Assembly: GCA_963921275.4 (NCBI GenBank)
Contig: OZ001293.3
Coordinates: 3,456,001-3,520,000 of the forward strand
Origin: an uncultured Hormoscilla sp.
GTDB lineage: Bacteria; Cyanobacteriota; Cyanobacteriia; Cyanobacteriales; Desertifilaceae
Length of the DNA: 64,000 bases
Direction: 5' to 3'
In this document: positions 1-11,699 of the stretch, piece after piece
Position numbering within the stretch: position 1 is the first letter of the stretch
How the letters are laid out: each line of letters begins with the position of its first letter
Notes under the pieces: model-generated
Seen by the model: only the letters and a program-made list of their open reading frames with translations
Database searches by the model: none
Told to the model about the DNA's origin: nothing
Made by a program: the position numbers and the translations under genes

Positions 1-260
1 GCGGTAAATATATTATCGGAACACCAGGATTGGGATCCCGGCATGGGTTGGAAAAATATTATTAATAACTGTCGATTAATTCTTGCTCCTTGGCTATGCT
101 TGAATCAGATTAAAAATTGGTATAAAGTCTTTCCTATTCCACAGTTAATTACCCCCTTGACTAAATTAATAAACTTCATGAATATCTTTCCTGGCATGCT
201 TCCAAGTACAGAATGTCATGGAGATTTAAACTTTTCTTCTGCCTAGAGTGACAGAAGAGC
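1..260 (+). mobile_element. 3' end of an IS701-family-like transposase gene and its right end (runs off the window start)
   Basis: ORF 43..246 (GWKNIINNCRLILAPW...FSSA*) resembles cyanobacterial IS701 transposase C-termini. It is followed by GAGTGACAGAAGAG, which recurs at 603-616. Confidence 0.6.
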
Positions 261-261
261 G

Positions 262-488
262 ATAGTCACTTGCTCGACGTTAACCGATTTAGGCTATCAG
301 TCATTGCGCCTTCTATTCCCGCTTTACCGATTGATGCCAAGTCGCTACCGTAGGGAATATGCTGTCACTCCTGCACCTGGAGGGGTGGACTTTCACCACC
401 ATCATCTGTAAGTTGTCGGCGACTATCGTCGCCTCTAGCGGTCCCCAAATTGACTTGTGTCAACTGGTTTACACTAAACGAATCGCAC
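262..488 (-). mobile_element. 5' fragment (start of domain I) of a group II intron, truncated by the IS end
   Basis: The minus strand starts GTGCGATTCGTT at 488, the same 5' end as the full introns in this window, followed by a GGTGAAAGTCC-type hairpin. Confidence 0.6.
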
Positions 489-618
489 CGCAAGACCACA
501 CCCATAATCATCTATAAATTTGACCGTCAGGTTAGCTTTTCTTGGCGCAACCATAGACTACTCCTTGGGAAGAAGCGTTTGCTTTCGACCATTGTACCAC
601 AAGAGTGACAGAAGAGTG
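489..618 (+). mobile_element. Second IS701-like right end
   Basis: GAGTGACAGAAGAGTG at 603-618 nearly duplicates the end at 247-260. Confidence 0.4.
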
Positions 619-672
619 CTATTTCAAAAGATAATCACCAGCTGAACTCAACTACACGAGGCAATATGAAAG

Positions 673-1940
673 GTCGGTCTTGGCCCGGTTGTATAATATA
701 AAAAGTATAAATAATACAGAAATACTTGAATTACGCGAGTTACTTTGTAGTATAATAGTCGGCCTTGGCCTGGTTGTAGGGTGTCGTCAAAACCAGTTGA
801 TAATAAAAAGTAATATATGATTATTTAATCATTTGATAAGCGGCTCCCGCCCGGTTTATACTACTAATGATTACTCATAACACGCCAATCTAGGGTGTGT
901 CATCAATCAAATTGCTTGACAGAAATAGATGGATACGGTATGGAGTCCTTATCCAGCAATAACAATCAAGAGGGCATGATATGAGACACTATGGCTTGCG
1001 AGACGACCAGTGGGAACGGATCGAACACCTTTTACCTGGTAAAGAGGGTGACCCAGGCGCTACAGCCAAGAACAAGAGATTATTCGTGTTCTGCCGTGTT
1101 ATATCGATATCGTGCTGGCATTCCCTGGCGGGATTTACCGGAGTGTTTTGGGGATTTTCGGGTTGTTCATACCCGCCATACCCGTTGGTCTGAAAAGGGA
1201 GTTTGGAAGCAGGTATTCGATGTCTTGGCCTCAGACGCCGATAACGAATACGCCGCGATTGATGCCACCATCCTGCGTGCCCATCAACGAGCGTGCGGGT
1301 GCAAAAAAAAACACCCTCAGATACGTGCGAAACCCAAGCCATAGGCCGTAGTAAAGGGGGACTATCGACAAAGATTCATGCCACTTGCGATTGCCCAAGG
1401 CAATCCCACAGGATTTCATCTTACCCCTGGCCAAGCCCACGACGGGAAAGGCGCTGATGTGCTATTGGATAAAATCGGTGAGATTGGCGCGCTGCTTGCA
1501 GATAAAGCCTATGATGCGGAACAACGTGTGCTCGAGCGCCTGAAAGAGGCGGATTGGATGGCTGTCATTCCTCCAAAAAGTAACCGCACAGAACACAGAG
1601 AATACGATGAAGAAATGTACAAGTGGCGGCATCTAATTGAAAATCTATTCCAAAAACTCAAGCAATACAGGGCTCTGGCGACACGCTACGATAAAACGGC
1701 TCGCAATTTCTTGGGTGCCATCTACCTCGCGGCAGCTGTAATATGGCTTAATTGATGACACGCCCTAGTATAACGTGCGCTACGCTGTAATCTGCCAGGG
1801 TTGATCGCGTAGCGAAGCGTGTGCGCGCAGCGCAATCCTTTTGGCCAGGATATCAACTGCTTTTGACCACTGGTTGTATAATACAAAAAGTATAAATAAT
1901 ATAGAAATGCTCGAATTACACGAGTTACTTCATAGTATTT
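673..1940. repeat. Diverged ~85-bp tandem units plus a TIR-bounded element (779-1870), interrupted by IS5
   Basis: GTCGG(T/C)CTTGGCC(C/T)GGTTGTA occurs at 673 and 758 (period 85) and the unit resumes at 1871. TIR-like ends are GTCGTCAAAACCAGTTG (783) and CAACTGCTTTTGACCAC (1854-1870). TGGTTGTA flanks both sides. Confidence 0.55.
893..1765 (+). mobile_element. IS5-family element, frameshifted transposase, copy 1
   Basis: TIRs GGG(T/C)GTGTCATCAA with TA duplication. Transposase pieces [14 protein letters not shown] and LADKAYD...RYDKTARNF. Confidence 0.93.
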
Positions 1941-1999
1941 GCGAGAGGTGCTCGCCCGGAGGTCTGGTCAGAAGTAGTTGATGGAGTAGAGGATATATT

Positions 2000-2470
2000 T
2001 TGTCGCGCAGACGCCTAGGCAATGTCTGACGACGGCGGGAAATTCTTCAGGAACGGATTATTCGCGACCCTCTCACCGATCTATGCAATCGACGTTGCGT
2101 GGAAGAGTACCTGGAACGGGAGTTGAAACGGCGCGATCGCAACGGGCAACCCCTCTGAGTATCATATGCTGGACCTTGACCACCCTCAGGGCTTCCATGA
2201 TGCTTTTGGCCGCGAGGCCTCGGATGCGGTACTGCGAGAGTTGAGCATGTTTTTGCAAGAAAATAGTCGCTACGGAGGTGACGGGTTCATGCTAATTCTG
2301 CCAGAAGCCTCCCTAGATAGCACCGGGCAGCCAGCTGAGCAGCTCCGGGAAGGAATTAAACATCTGCGCGTACAATGGCGACAGTATCTGTGGGAGTAGC
2401 CCGTTTCCCAGAACGCGGCTTAAGGAGGGATGGGGCGATCCAGACCGCTGACTTCGCGCTTTACCGAGCT
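2000..2470 (+). pseudogene. Degraded GGDEF (diguanylate cyclase) domain remnant
   Basis: MLDLDH...DAFG...DAVLREL...RYGGDGFMLILPE, fragmented across frames. Confidence 0.65.
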
Positions 2471-2781
2471 AAACGGTCAGGGTGCGATCGGGTGGTTGGG
2501 GCAAGCGATGCTTTATAATTGGGTCTGTAGCATTCAGCCCGAACAGTAGGATCGTAGCCTCTGCAAATAGCGACCGGACAGCAATTTTAGGGAATTTCGA
2601 TCTTGGCGATCTGCTGATGCACGGTTGTAATTGGGCCCTTCGAGGTGGTCTGAAGCACAACCCTAATGTTGATGAGGCCGCTCGCGCCCTCTGGGACGGA
2701 ATAGGTACGCAATCTCCTCCCTTCCGGCGTAGCCCAGAAACCCGGCTTCCTGTCAAAACCGGGTTTCTGATTTCAAATTAA
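2471..2781 (+). pseudogene. C-terminal remnant of a WD40-repeat protein
   Basis: SVAFSPNSRIVASANSDRTA...DLLMHGCNW...HNPNV resembles the C-terminus of cyanobacterial WD40 proteins. Confidence 0.55.
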
Positions 2782-2922
2782 TAGCCCATGCCGAAATTTA
2801 ACCATTATAATAAGCTGTCGCGCATCGAAATTGCTACGGTCGAAAAGCCGAGATCCCTATTCTCAATTGGTTTCCGGATTTTGAATGAGAAAGAAAGAAT
2901 TTTGAATTGCTTAGTAGTGACC

Positions 2923-4803
2923 GTGACAACCCCTACCCTACCACTAGTCCAAGACCCAGATCGCCTGTCAAGGCGCCTCCAGGAAATTCCCCAAGAACCA
3001 GGAGTATATTTGATGAAGAATACTCCAGATCGCCTGCTGTACATCGGCAAGTCCAAGAAGCTGCGATCGCGGGTCCGTTCCTATTTCCAGGAGGGACAAA
3101 AACACAGCCCCCGCATTCAGCTAATGGTGCGCCAGGTGAGTGAGATAGAATTCATCGTCACGGACACGGAAGCGGAAGCATTAGCATTAGAAGCAAATCT
3201 GGTCAAGCAGCACCAACCTCACTTTAACGTATTGCTGAAAGATGACAAGAAATATCCCTACCTATGCATTACTTGGTCAGAAGATTATCCCCGCATCTTT
3301 ATTACCCGCAAACGCCCCATGGGTAACCGGAAAGATAAATACTACGGTCCTTATGTAGATGTGAAGCTATTACGGAATACATTAGATATAGTCAAGGGCA
3401 TTTTCCCTCAGCGCCAACGTCCCCAACCCCTGTTTAAGGACCGGACTTGCTTGAATTACGATCTGGGCAAATGTTCGGGAGTCTGTCAGCAGCTAATTTC
3501 TCCGGAAGCATATCACCAAACTATGCAAAAAATTGCCATGGTGTTTCAGGGCAGGACCGGAGAACTGGTGGATCTGCTGACCGCACAGATGCAACAAGCA
3601 GCAGCAGAGTTGCACTTTGAAACCGCTGCTAAACTGCGAGACCAAATTGCTGGAATTAAATCTCTGAACGCCGAGCAGAAAGTATCCTTACCAGATGATA
3701 CCATCTCTAGAGATGCGATCGCCCTCGCGGCCAAGGACAAACATTGCTGCATTCAGCTATTTCCAATGCGTGGGGGGAGACTGGTAGGCAGGTTAGGATT
3801 TAATGCTGACCCTCAGTCTGGCACAGTCGGGGAAATTTTACAACGGGTATTAGAAGAACATTATCAAAATGCCGACGCCGTGGAAATTCCTGCCGAGATC
3901 TTGGTGCAGCAGGAATTACCCGATGCAGAAATGTTAGCAGACTATTTGAGCGCCAGAAAAGGTCGCAAAGTCAGTATCATCGTGCCCCAGCGGCAAAGTA
4001 AAGCTGAACTGATAGAAATGATAGCCCGAAATGCCCAATATGAAGTGGAACGGATGGCAAAGGCGGGAGAACGAAACAAGCAAGCATTGCAAGACTTAGC
4101 TAACCTGCTGGACTTGCCAGCATTGCCCGATCGTCTAGAAGGTTACGACATCTCCCACATCCAAGGTGCGCATGCCGTCGCCTCTCAAGTTGTGTTTATT
4201 GACGGATTGCCCGCCAAGCAGCATTACCGTCATTATAAGATCGAGAATCCCGAAGTCAAACCAGGCCATTCCGACGACTTTGCCAGTCTCGCCGAAGTCA
4301 TCAGACGCCGCTTCCGCAAGTTTGTCGAAGACCCAAAGTTGCAGCGCCATGGCAATCCCGACTTTCCCGATCTAGTTATAATAGATGGTGGGAAAGGACA
4401 ACTCTCAGCCGTAGTATCAGTATTACAAGAAATTAACTTAATGGCAGAACTGCCTGTTATCAGTTTAGCGAAACAGCGAGAAGAAATATTCCGGCCCGGA
4501 GAATCTGCACCATTAGCGACAGATCCAGAACAACCGGGACTACAATTGTTAAGGCGACTGCGGGATGAAGCTCACCGGTTTGCCGTCAGCTTTCACCGAC
4601 AGCAACGAAGTGAGACAATGAAGCGATCGCACTTAGATGAGATTCCCGGATTAGGGTTTGGGAGACGAAAACAACTACTAGCACATTTTCGGTCAATTGA
4701 CTACATCCGCGCGGCCACGCCCCAACAGTTGGCAGAACTTGACGGCATTGGATTCCGTTTAGCCCAGTCAATCTACAATTACTTCCATCCGGAAGCGGAA
4801 TAG
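2923..4803 (+). CDS. uvrC: Excinuclease ABC subunit C (start uncertain; ORF open from 2788)
   Basis: GIY-YIG motif (PGVYLM...[16 protein letters not shown]), [25 protein letters not shown] and a C-terminal HhH. Confidence 0.97.
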   Translation: MTTPTLPLVQDPDRLSRRLQEIPQEPGVYLMKNTPDRLLYIGKSKKLRSRVRSYFQEGQKHSPRIQLMVRQVSEIEFIVTDTEAEALALEANLVKQHQPHFNVLLKDDKKYPYLCITWSEDYPRIFITRKRPMGNRKDKYYGPYVDVKLLRNTLDIVKGIFPQRQRPQPLFKDRTCLNYDLGKCSGVCQQLISPEAYHQTMQKIAMVFQGRTGELVDLLTAQMQQAAAELHFETAAKLRDQIAGIKSLNAEQKVSLPDDTISRDAIALAAKDKHCCIQLFPMRGGRLVGRLGFNADPQSGTVGEILQRVLEEHYQNADAVEIPAEILVQQELPDAEMLADYLSARKGRKVSIIVPQRQSKAELIEMIARNAQYEVERMAKAGERNKQALQDLANLLDLPALPDRLEGYDISHIQGAHAVASQVVFIDGLPAKQHYRHYKIENPEVKPGHSDDFASLAEVIRRRFRKFVEDPKLQRHGNPDFPDLVIIDGGKGQLSAVVSVLQEINLMAELPVISLAKQREEIFRPGESAPLATDPEQPGLQLLRRLRDEAHRFAVSFHRQQRSETMKRSHLDEIPGLGFGRRKQLLAHFRSIDYIRAATPQQLAELDGIGFRLAQSIYNYFHPEAE

Positions 4804-5073
4804 ATACTATAATAGGCTAGTGTCAGCGATCAGCGATCGGTTACCAGTACCAGTCCGATACCAGTGCTATAAGATCAGTTCTTGATGTTGCACAGCGCCT
4901 GGGGCCTGCTAGTCAAAAGTTGGCTAAATTGTCGGTCCATTGATAAAACAAGACAAATGAACAACTCTTAGCATCTACGGAAAATCCCTCTGAGATCCTC
5001 TCCGCACTCTACCCTTCTCGATCTATGGCCCTCATCATTTTATCTAAAATTGGACTCTCTAGGCTTTCGCGCC

Positions 5074-5193
5074 CCGGAAGCACTAAAGTGCTTACTACGA
5101 ACGCCGGAAGCACTAAAGTGCTTACTACGAACGCTGGAAGCACTAAAGTGCTTACTACGAACGCCGGAAGCACTAAAGTGTTTACTACGAACG
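5074..5193. repeat. Four tandem 30-bp REP-like palindromic units
   Basis: CCGGAAGCACTAAAGTGCTTACTACGAACG x4. The reverse strand reads GTAG followed by the hairpin AAGCAC-TTTA-GTGCTT. Confidence 0.9.
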
Positions 5194-5230
5194 TAATTAT
5201 TGGCTTAAGTATTGATATTCAAGGGGATAT

Positions 5231-5765
5231 AGTGATTCAGAAAGTAAAAGAAAAATTGAGGTAAGCGGGAGTAAAATTTAACTGGTTAGGGGCTGCACCA
5301 GAGGGCGAGTTGCCAGAAACACCTAGCCAACTGCCCCCAGAGATCGTCAAGAGTCTGCATCTGGCGATCTCCTCCTTACCCAATCATCCTACTTGATCAG
5401 AAACTTTACAATCAGCCTTGGCTCAGGCTGTGAAAAATTAACGCGATAATCGCGACAATGAAAATATTTAAGGGATTAATAGTCTAGTAGTCTTAGCAAG
5501 TCCTGTAGAATCTCTGTCAGATCTGCTACGCGCTGCTGTGAGTCAGTGGGAACAGCAAACAGATTCTGAAAAGCAAATAGAACAGCCACTCCAGGTGCGA
5601 TCGCAGAAATGGCCATATCGTCCCCAGGACTACACCCATATTCCTAACCAGCTACAGGCCCTGTTCGATGAAACAGCACCAGAAAAATCTGTCCAATCCT
5701 CTGCTTCAGAAGACTTGATCGCTATTCCCCGTTTGGAGTCCTGTTTTTTACGCTGTATTGGCGGT
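5231..5765 (+). pseudogene. Degraded conserved hypothetical gene (possibly ATPase-like), truncated by the TIR element
   Basis: Protein-like reading with internal stops (NSLVVLASPVE...IAIPRLESCFLRCIGG). Confidence 0.4.
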
Positions 5766-5962
5766 GGTCAAAACCAGTTGGTAAAGAAAAGGTAAAATTA
5801 TGACGATTTCACCGGTTGATAAGCGACTCCCCCTCCTTCTTGTATTATTGATGATTATATGTAACACTAAATCCCGATATTACCTTCGCTACGATGTAAT
5901 CTGTCAGCAAGGCTCCCCCTCCTTCTTGTATTATTGATGATTACATGTAAGATTAATTCCTA
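5765..5962. repeat. Second copy of the TIR-bounded element, with 86-bp tandem units
   Basis: GTGGTCAAAACCAGTTG at 5765. CTCCCCCTCCTTCTTGTATTATTGATGATTA at 5827 and 5913 (period 86). Homologous to 783-892. Confidence 0.65.
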
Positions 5963-6835
5963 GGGCGTGTCATAAATTAAGCCATATTACAGCTGCCGCG
6001 AGGTAGATGGCACCCAAGAAATTGCGAGCCGTTTTATCGTAGCGTGTCGCCAGAGCCCTGTATTGCTTGAGTTTTTGGAATAGATTTTCAATTAGATGCC
6101 GCCACTTGTACATTTCTTCATCGTATTCTCTGTGTTCTGTGCGGTTACTTTTTGGAGGAATGACAGCCATCCAATCCGCCTCTTTCAGGCGCTCGAGCAC
6201 ACGTTGTTCCGCATCATAGGCTTTATCTGCAAGCAGCGCGCCAATCTCACCGATTTTATCCAATAGCACGTCAGCGCCTTGTAAGTCGTGGGCTTGGCCA
6301 GGGGTAAGATGAAATCCTGTGGGATTGCCTTGGGCAATCGCAAGTGGCATGAATCTTTGTCGATAGTCCCCCTTTACTACGGCCTATGGCTTGGGTTTCG
6401 CACGTATCTGAGGGTGTTTTTTTTTGCACCCGCACGCTCGTTGATGGGCACGCAGGATGATGGCATCAATCGCGGCGTATTCGTTATCGGCGTCTGAGGC
6501 CAAGACATCGAATACCTGCTTCCAAACTCCCTTTTCAGACCAACGGGTATGGCGGGTATGAACAACCCGAAAATCCCCAAAACACTCCGGTAAATCCCGC
6601 CAGGGAATGCCAGCACGATATCGATATAACACGGCAGAACACGAATAATCTATTGTTCTTGGCTGTAGCGCCTGGGTCACCCTCTTTACCAGGTAAAAGG
6701 TGTTCGATCCGTTCCCACTGGTCGTCTCGCAAGCCATAGCGTCTCATATCATGCCCTCTTGATTGTTATTGCTGGATAAGGACTCCATACCGTATCCATC
6801 TACTTCTGTCAAGCAATTTGATTGATGACACACCC
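5963..6835 (-). mobile_element. IS5-family element, copy 2
   Basis: Near-identical to 893-1765, inverted, with TA duplication. Confidence 0.93.
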
Positions 6836-7003
6836 TAGGCAATTAAATGCATCACAGCTTAATTATCTTTCTTGCATTTTCTGCTCATATGACTTAATAA
6901 TTCGTCATAGGCAACCGTGCGAGCACTTTTTCCTTCTAATATATAATTCAAACACAACCCAATACTTTTCGGTCAAGCAGCCACAGTGCGAGCACTTATT
7001 TCC

Positions 7004-7518
7004 TCACCAGGGGCTACTAATCATGGTAAAGGCTGCCCAATAGTAGGGATGTCCTAGATTTTCGTTCCCCAGCCTTACCAGTGCGGGTGGCAGAGACAGG
7101 CCCCGGTTGGAACCTCGTAACTCACCCCCTTCCAGACGTACCTTCCCCTCGATCATGGCTATTTGAGCCTGCCGCAGGGCCTCTGCTTTGATGGGGGCTG
7201 TCTGCAAATGCTGATAAAATTCCGTCATCAGCGCTAAAGTCCCGGCATCGCTGACCTGCCAAAGACTGGCTATGGCTGACTTAACGCCAGCCTGTAGCGC
7301 TAATCCGGCAAAGCCTAACTCGGCATCTTTATCCCCCACAGCAGTTTTACAGGCACTGATGACTAACAACTCGACTGGCCTCCTGTTCCAGTCGATCGAT
7401 CTCATTTGAGCCAATTGCAGCTTACTGTCCCAAAATTGAATGAAGGAGTTGCTTGGGGCCCCGGGTTTAAACTCGGCATGGGTGGCCAGGTGAACAATTT
7501 TATAGTCCTGGGAGGCCA
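7004..7518 (-). pseudogene. Duplicated 3' part of a CHAT-domain gene
   Basis: IVHLATHAEF...LLVISACKTAVGD...SLWQVSD...HPYYWAAF. Inverted near-identical copy of 14329-14843. Confidence 0.85.
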
Positions 7519-7689
7519 AATCATAGTTTTTGCAGTATGTGTACCCCACTCCCAAATTTTTGCGCAAATGATTTAGACGCAATATAACAACAGACAACTG
7601 ACAATCTCTACCATCGTAGTGCCCGGGTTGGCAATGCGGTGGCCCGATCGTCCTCAACTGGCTTGGAGAAGAAATATCCCTGACCATGC

Positions 7690-7731
7690 CGTGTCTCCGG
7701 AGAGCGCTATTCGCACTACTCCGGAGACACG
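7690..7731. repeat. 42-bp hairpin mini-element
   Basis: CGTGTCTCCGGAG-AGCGCTATTCGCACTA-CTCCGGAGACACG, identical to 36150-36191 in reverse. Confidence 0.85.
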
Positions 7732-7990
7732 GCCACCGCATTGCCAACTCCATAGTCGCACCAGTTGTTCCTCTGCGTCGCCATCCATCCCCCAAACTAT
7801 CCTTAATTAAAAAATGATGCTTGAACTGTTGCTGCAGCTCCGTTCGCGGGCTAAGGTTTTGGTGAAATCGGGAAGCCGTGAGTGGTGATGAGATTAAGGA
7901 GTCAGAATTATGAATGAAATATGAAAGATCGCAGTTCATGCCGTTCGCGTAGCGGCTGCGCAGCAGCATCGCCACTCACTCTAGCAGAAG

Positions 7991-8332
7991 CTATTCGCCT
8001 GGGACCGCTACTTGGGGTAAACCCATGCTATAATTAAGGACGCGACTGTTGAGGTTGTAGCAGATCTTACCTTGTTCGAGGAGCGATCGCACAAAATGCT
8101 CCAAGTCAGATCCGATGCGGCGTAAGTTATACTCCGTCAGATCTGCCCCGGCGTAGTCTGACACCAACTCCCCGAATTTTCCGTATACCTGCTGTAAGGC
8201 TCGATCGTTCCAGTTCAACTCATTATCTGGATCTACATCTATGGTTAAGACATTGTCGCTAGGCTTGAGTTCGTTGTTCTCTACTCGGGCTGTAAAGATG
8301 CGGATGTGACGGGTGGTAGACTTAAGCAGCAT
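7991..8332 (-). CDS. ndhM: NAD(P)H-quinone oxidoreductase subunit M
   Basis: MLLKSTTRHIRIFTA...DVDPDNE...YNLRRIGSDLEHF...VLNYSMGLP. Confidence 0.95.
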   Translation of the reverse strand: MLLKSTTRHIRIFTARVENNELKPSDNVLTIDVDPDNELNWNDRALQQVYGKFGELVSDYAGADLTEYNLRRIGSDLEHFVRSLLEQGKICYNLNSRVLNYSMGLPQVAVPGE

Positions 8333-8407
8333 GGGTTAATCTCATATACTCTGACTTTTATTATCTTACGCCACAGAAGTGATCTGTGTGTTTTTACAGC
8401 ATTAACG

Positions 8408-8953
8408 CTACTGGTACGCTATCATGCCAGTTTGGCGAGCATAGGCGAAGATGCCCCCAGCATCAATCACTGGTCCCACTTCTCCCAGGGACTGGAGTTG
8501 GTAAGTCTGGCCCAGGGTATGGTTGTGAAGCTGATTTCGCTCAAAGTCAATGGTTGCTTCCTGACCGGTCTTAAATAGGTCGCAGAGGCGTTCCGTGCAT
8601 TCCCAAGGGTACAGTTCTCCGGTGGCCGAACAGTTGCGGAAAAAGATCCGGGCGTAAGACTGGGCCACTACGGCCTTTACGCCGGATGCACCCAGGGCAA
8701 TGGGCGCATGTTCCCGGGAAGAACCACAGCCGAAATTTTCTCCACCGATAATGATGGGATAGGGTGTCTTCATCTCCCTAGGGAGGATAAATTGGCCGTA
8801 GCGGTCTGGCAACCCACTGAGGGCGTAGCTTCCTAGTTTTTCATACTCTTCTGGTTTGGAAGGAACTAGAGTCAGATATTCTGCTGGAATGATTTGATCT
8901 GTATCGATATTGTCATCGACCACAAAGATCTGCCCCCGAATTACTTTGCCCAT
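8408..8953 (-). CDS. leuD: 3-isopropylmalate dehydratase small subunit
   Basis: DNIDTDQIIPA, NFGCGSSREHAP, SYARIFFRN. Confidence 0.95.
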   Translation of the reverse strand: MGKVIRGQIFVVDDNIDTDQIIPAEYLTLVPSKPEEYEKLGSYALSGLPDRYGQFILPREMKTPYPIIIGGENFGCGSSREHAPIALGASGVKAVVAQSYARIFFRNCSATGELYPWECTERLCDLFKTGQEATIDFERNQLHNHTLGQTYQLQSLGEVGPVIDAGGIFAYARQTGMIAYQ

Positions 8954-8978
8954 GATTATCTGTTTACTATTGGTTTTC

Positions 8979-9896
8979 TCACTGTACCATTCCTTGGTTT
9001 AGTAAGGTGGCAGCCACTAAAGAGTCTAGTTCTAGTTGCATCTGGGCACGGACTTCTTCATAGCAGGCATCCACGTAAGCTCGATCTACGGCCGCTTCCC
9101 TACCATAGCGTGGAAAGACGATCGGGGCACAGACGCGAGTGTAAATCTGTACTGGCGGTGGTATATTAGGTAGGGGACCAATTGCTAAACCCCAAGGCAA
9201 CCCTAAAAACACGGGAAACACGCCGATGTCGGGACCAAATATCCACGGCAGGCCCCATGCATGCAGTTGCTTTACCTGTGGGTAGATATCGCCGAGTACG
9301 ATCATGGTATCGTGAGCACCAATGGAGATCAGCGGTACGATCGGGGCATTTTCCCGCAATGCTAGCTTGATAAAGCCTTTGCGTCCCGCTAGGTTAATTT
9401 TCTGCCGATCGCTGTGGGGGCGGAACATATCCTCTGCCCCTCCCGGATACACCAGTACTGCTGCCTCCCGGCGCAGGGCGGCGATCGCCATTTTCGGATG
9501 GGCCACAAGGGCCCCGGCCTGTACTGCCAGCTGGGCGATGTCAGGAAAAGTCCAAGCCGCTGGATGCATCAGTCCATAGCTTAAGCGATCGTAACCAAAT
9601 CTGCGGAACCAGTCATACATAAACATGGAGGTATCTGGCGACGCGAAGCCCCCATTATGGGAACCCACGAACAAGATCTTCCCTTGTTCGGGAACGTGAT
9701 GCCACCCTGATGTTGTGACCCGAAAGTAGTTGTGATACAGCCATTCTGCCACTGGCATCCAGGATTTGATAAATGTGGGGTCCCGATCGTCTAAGGACCA
9801 GCCATCAAACCGCTGGCGAGATGTGACGCGGGAGGCACCCCGTAAGTCAGTGAAAGCATTAAAACTATTAAACAATGTTTTTCCCACCTCTAACAC
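8979..9896 (-). CDS. Lysophospholipid/DGAT2-like acyltransferase
   Basis: LFVGSHNGG, VLVYPGG...D, RKGFIKLAL and PIVP acyltransferase motifs. Confidence 0.8.
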   Translation of the reverse strand: MLEVGKTLFNSFNAFTDLRGASRVTSRQRFDGWSLDDRDPTFIKSWMPVAEWLYHNYFRVTTSGWHHVPEQGKILFVGSHNGGFASPDTSMFMYDWFRRFGYDRLSYGLMHPAAWTFPDIAQLAVQAGALVAHPKMAIAALRREAAVLVYPGGAEDMFRPHSDRQKINLAGRKGFIKLALRENAPIVPLISIGAHDTMIVLGDIYPQVKQLHAWGLPWIFGPDIGVFPVFLGLPWGLAIGPLPNIPPPVQIYTRVCAPIVFPRYGREAAVDRAYVDACYEEVRAQMQLELDSLVAATLLNQGMVQ

Positions 9897-9938
9897 ATTA
9901 CCTTTTTTAACATAATTGGTAAAATCGACGAAGGATGA

Positions 9939-10482
9939 TTAATCTTCAATATTCTCTATTGGATATCGCATTGGGTAGGCTATTGAGGATTTTCCCAAGG
10001 CTGGCTTTGCCCGCTTCAGCAAGTCCGTCTTATAAACATCCTCATTTCGGGCATCCATCGGATCGGATTTGAGTTGGAAATGTGTTCCCCAAAGGGTTTC
10101 TGCTATATCCACGACGAGCGGCAGCTTTAATTGTATTTGCTGGTGTATGCTGCCGATAATTTTTGTCACTAGATATACATCGACGTTATGTGCTAAGTAT
10201 AAATCCGTGAATACTAATGCTTCCAGTTGACCATTATTAGAATTAGATATTGGTTCTGTCCAAATTTTGTTGTGGGGAATGAATATTAGATTGTCTGGTT
10301 TGCAAGGGAAGGCCACGCAGTCCGTAGTTGACTATTTCACCATAATGTTCCCCTATTTGCACCCGATCGCCCACTCGATAGAGCCCTTCAAATAGGGCGA
10401 CGACTCCGGCAATTAATGAACTGGCATAGTCTTTGAAGGCAAAACCCAAAGCAACGGCTACTGTTTCTGTCAGTGCTAACAG
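9939..10482 (-). pseudogene. MscS-family mechanosensitive channel, frameshifted and 5'-truncated
   Basis: AVALGFAFKDY...RVGDRVQIGEHYGEI continuing into IPHNKIW in another frame. Confidence 0.75.
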
Positions 10483-10987
10483 AGGGATTGGATAGCCAGA
10501 AAGTATTGGTCTTTAGGAGAAGATAGGAAATGGCGATTCCGGTATAAGACTGAAGATGGTGAAATAAGATTATTTCTGCATAAAAGTGTAGAAATAATAA
10601 GGCACGTAAATGTGAAAGGGCCAGCTAGCCCATATGACGGGAATCTTACATATTGGAGTACAAAGTTGGGAAAAAGCCCGGAGTTAAACAACAGAGTAGC
10701 CATGCTACTTAAGAAACAGAAGGGGAAATGCCAACAATGCGGACTAACATTTAGGAACGAAGACAGTTGAGAGGTAGACCAGATCAAGCCAGTATCATTA
10801 GATGGTAAAGATAGATGGGATAACCTACAACTGCTACACAAGCATTGCCACGATGTAAAAACTGCCAGCGATGGTAGTTGCTGTATCCATGACAAGGATG
10901 GCATTGTCGAGGAGCCGAATGAGGTGAAAAGCAGATCTTTCGGTTCTGAAGACTCCTCTCCGAGGTGACTCTCTGGCTTAGTTTAAC
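10483..10987 (+). mobile_element. 3' remnant of an ORF-containing group II intron (IEP C-terminus with HNH, degenerate DV, DVI)
   Basis: Frame from 10483 gives KYW...HVNVKGPASPYDG...LLKKQKGKCQQCGL...(stop)...NLQLLHKHCHDVKT. Then GAGCCGAATGAGGTGAAA...CGGTTC (DV) and an end at GTTTAAC. Confidence 0.85.
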
Positions 10988-11106
10988 CTGGCAGTGCCAA
11001 GAAGGTCAACTGAGAGGTGTACCTCACTAGGGTGAAATCCGCTATATTGCTAGTTTGCCCTAGAAAAATGCCTGCATTTGCCATCAAATGGCTCGGGTAA
11101 TACATA

Positions 11107-11697
11107 ACTCAAGTTGCTACCTATTAAAAAAAAATGGATTACCCACTTAGAGATTTCCGATATTTTTGGTAGTCTAGTAGGATACAGAAATATATTATTT
11201 TTATGCTACCAGTAGCCATCCCTGTTTATAGGTTATAATGTACTAAAATAACAGTTGATTGCTGGTAGATTATGGAAAATATGATTATAACAATTTTTGT
11301 TCTTGGCGATGAACTGCTAAAAGCACTCAATATCAAAGAAGATCCACAAGTAAAAATGAATAATGCGGAGGTGATGACAGTAGGATTAGTTGCTGCTTAT
11401 TTTTTGGGAGGGCGATAGAGCTTGTCAATTTATGGCAGAACATAACTCGATCAAAAATTTGTTAAGTAAAAGTAGGTTTAATCGTCGAAAACATAAGATT
11501 GATGAAACAATTGTATGGGAGTTTATTTCAAGCAATGGCTCAATCATTCGCTAAATCCGAGTCAAGAATATATTATCGATAGTTTCCCTATGCCAGGATG
11601 TGACAACATTAGGATCGAGCGATGTAAAATTTATACAGAAGAAGAATATAGAGGATATATCGCCAGCAAAAAACGTTATTTTTATTGAGCGTAATAC
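11107..11697 (+). mobile_element. Degenerate IS982-family element truncated by IS5
   Basis: Left end ACTCAAGTTGCTACCTAT. MENMIITIFVLGDELLKALNIKEDPQ is homologous to the ORF at 14925-15749, with frameshifts. Confidence 0.85.
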
Positions 11698-11699
11698 TA

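Noticed and set aside
5074..5193. Possible CRISPR array
   Set aside because: The 30-bp units are contiguous with no unique spacers, and there are no cas genes in the window.
7004..7975. 323-aa ORF as an intact gene
   Set aside because: Only 7004-7518 is CHAT. The 5' part reads through micro-elements and a probable EAL remnant (QGYFFSKP in another frame).
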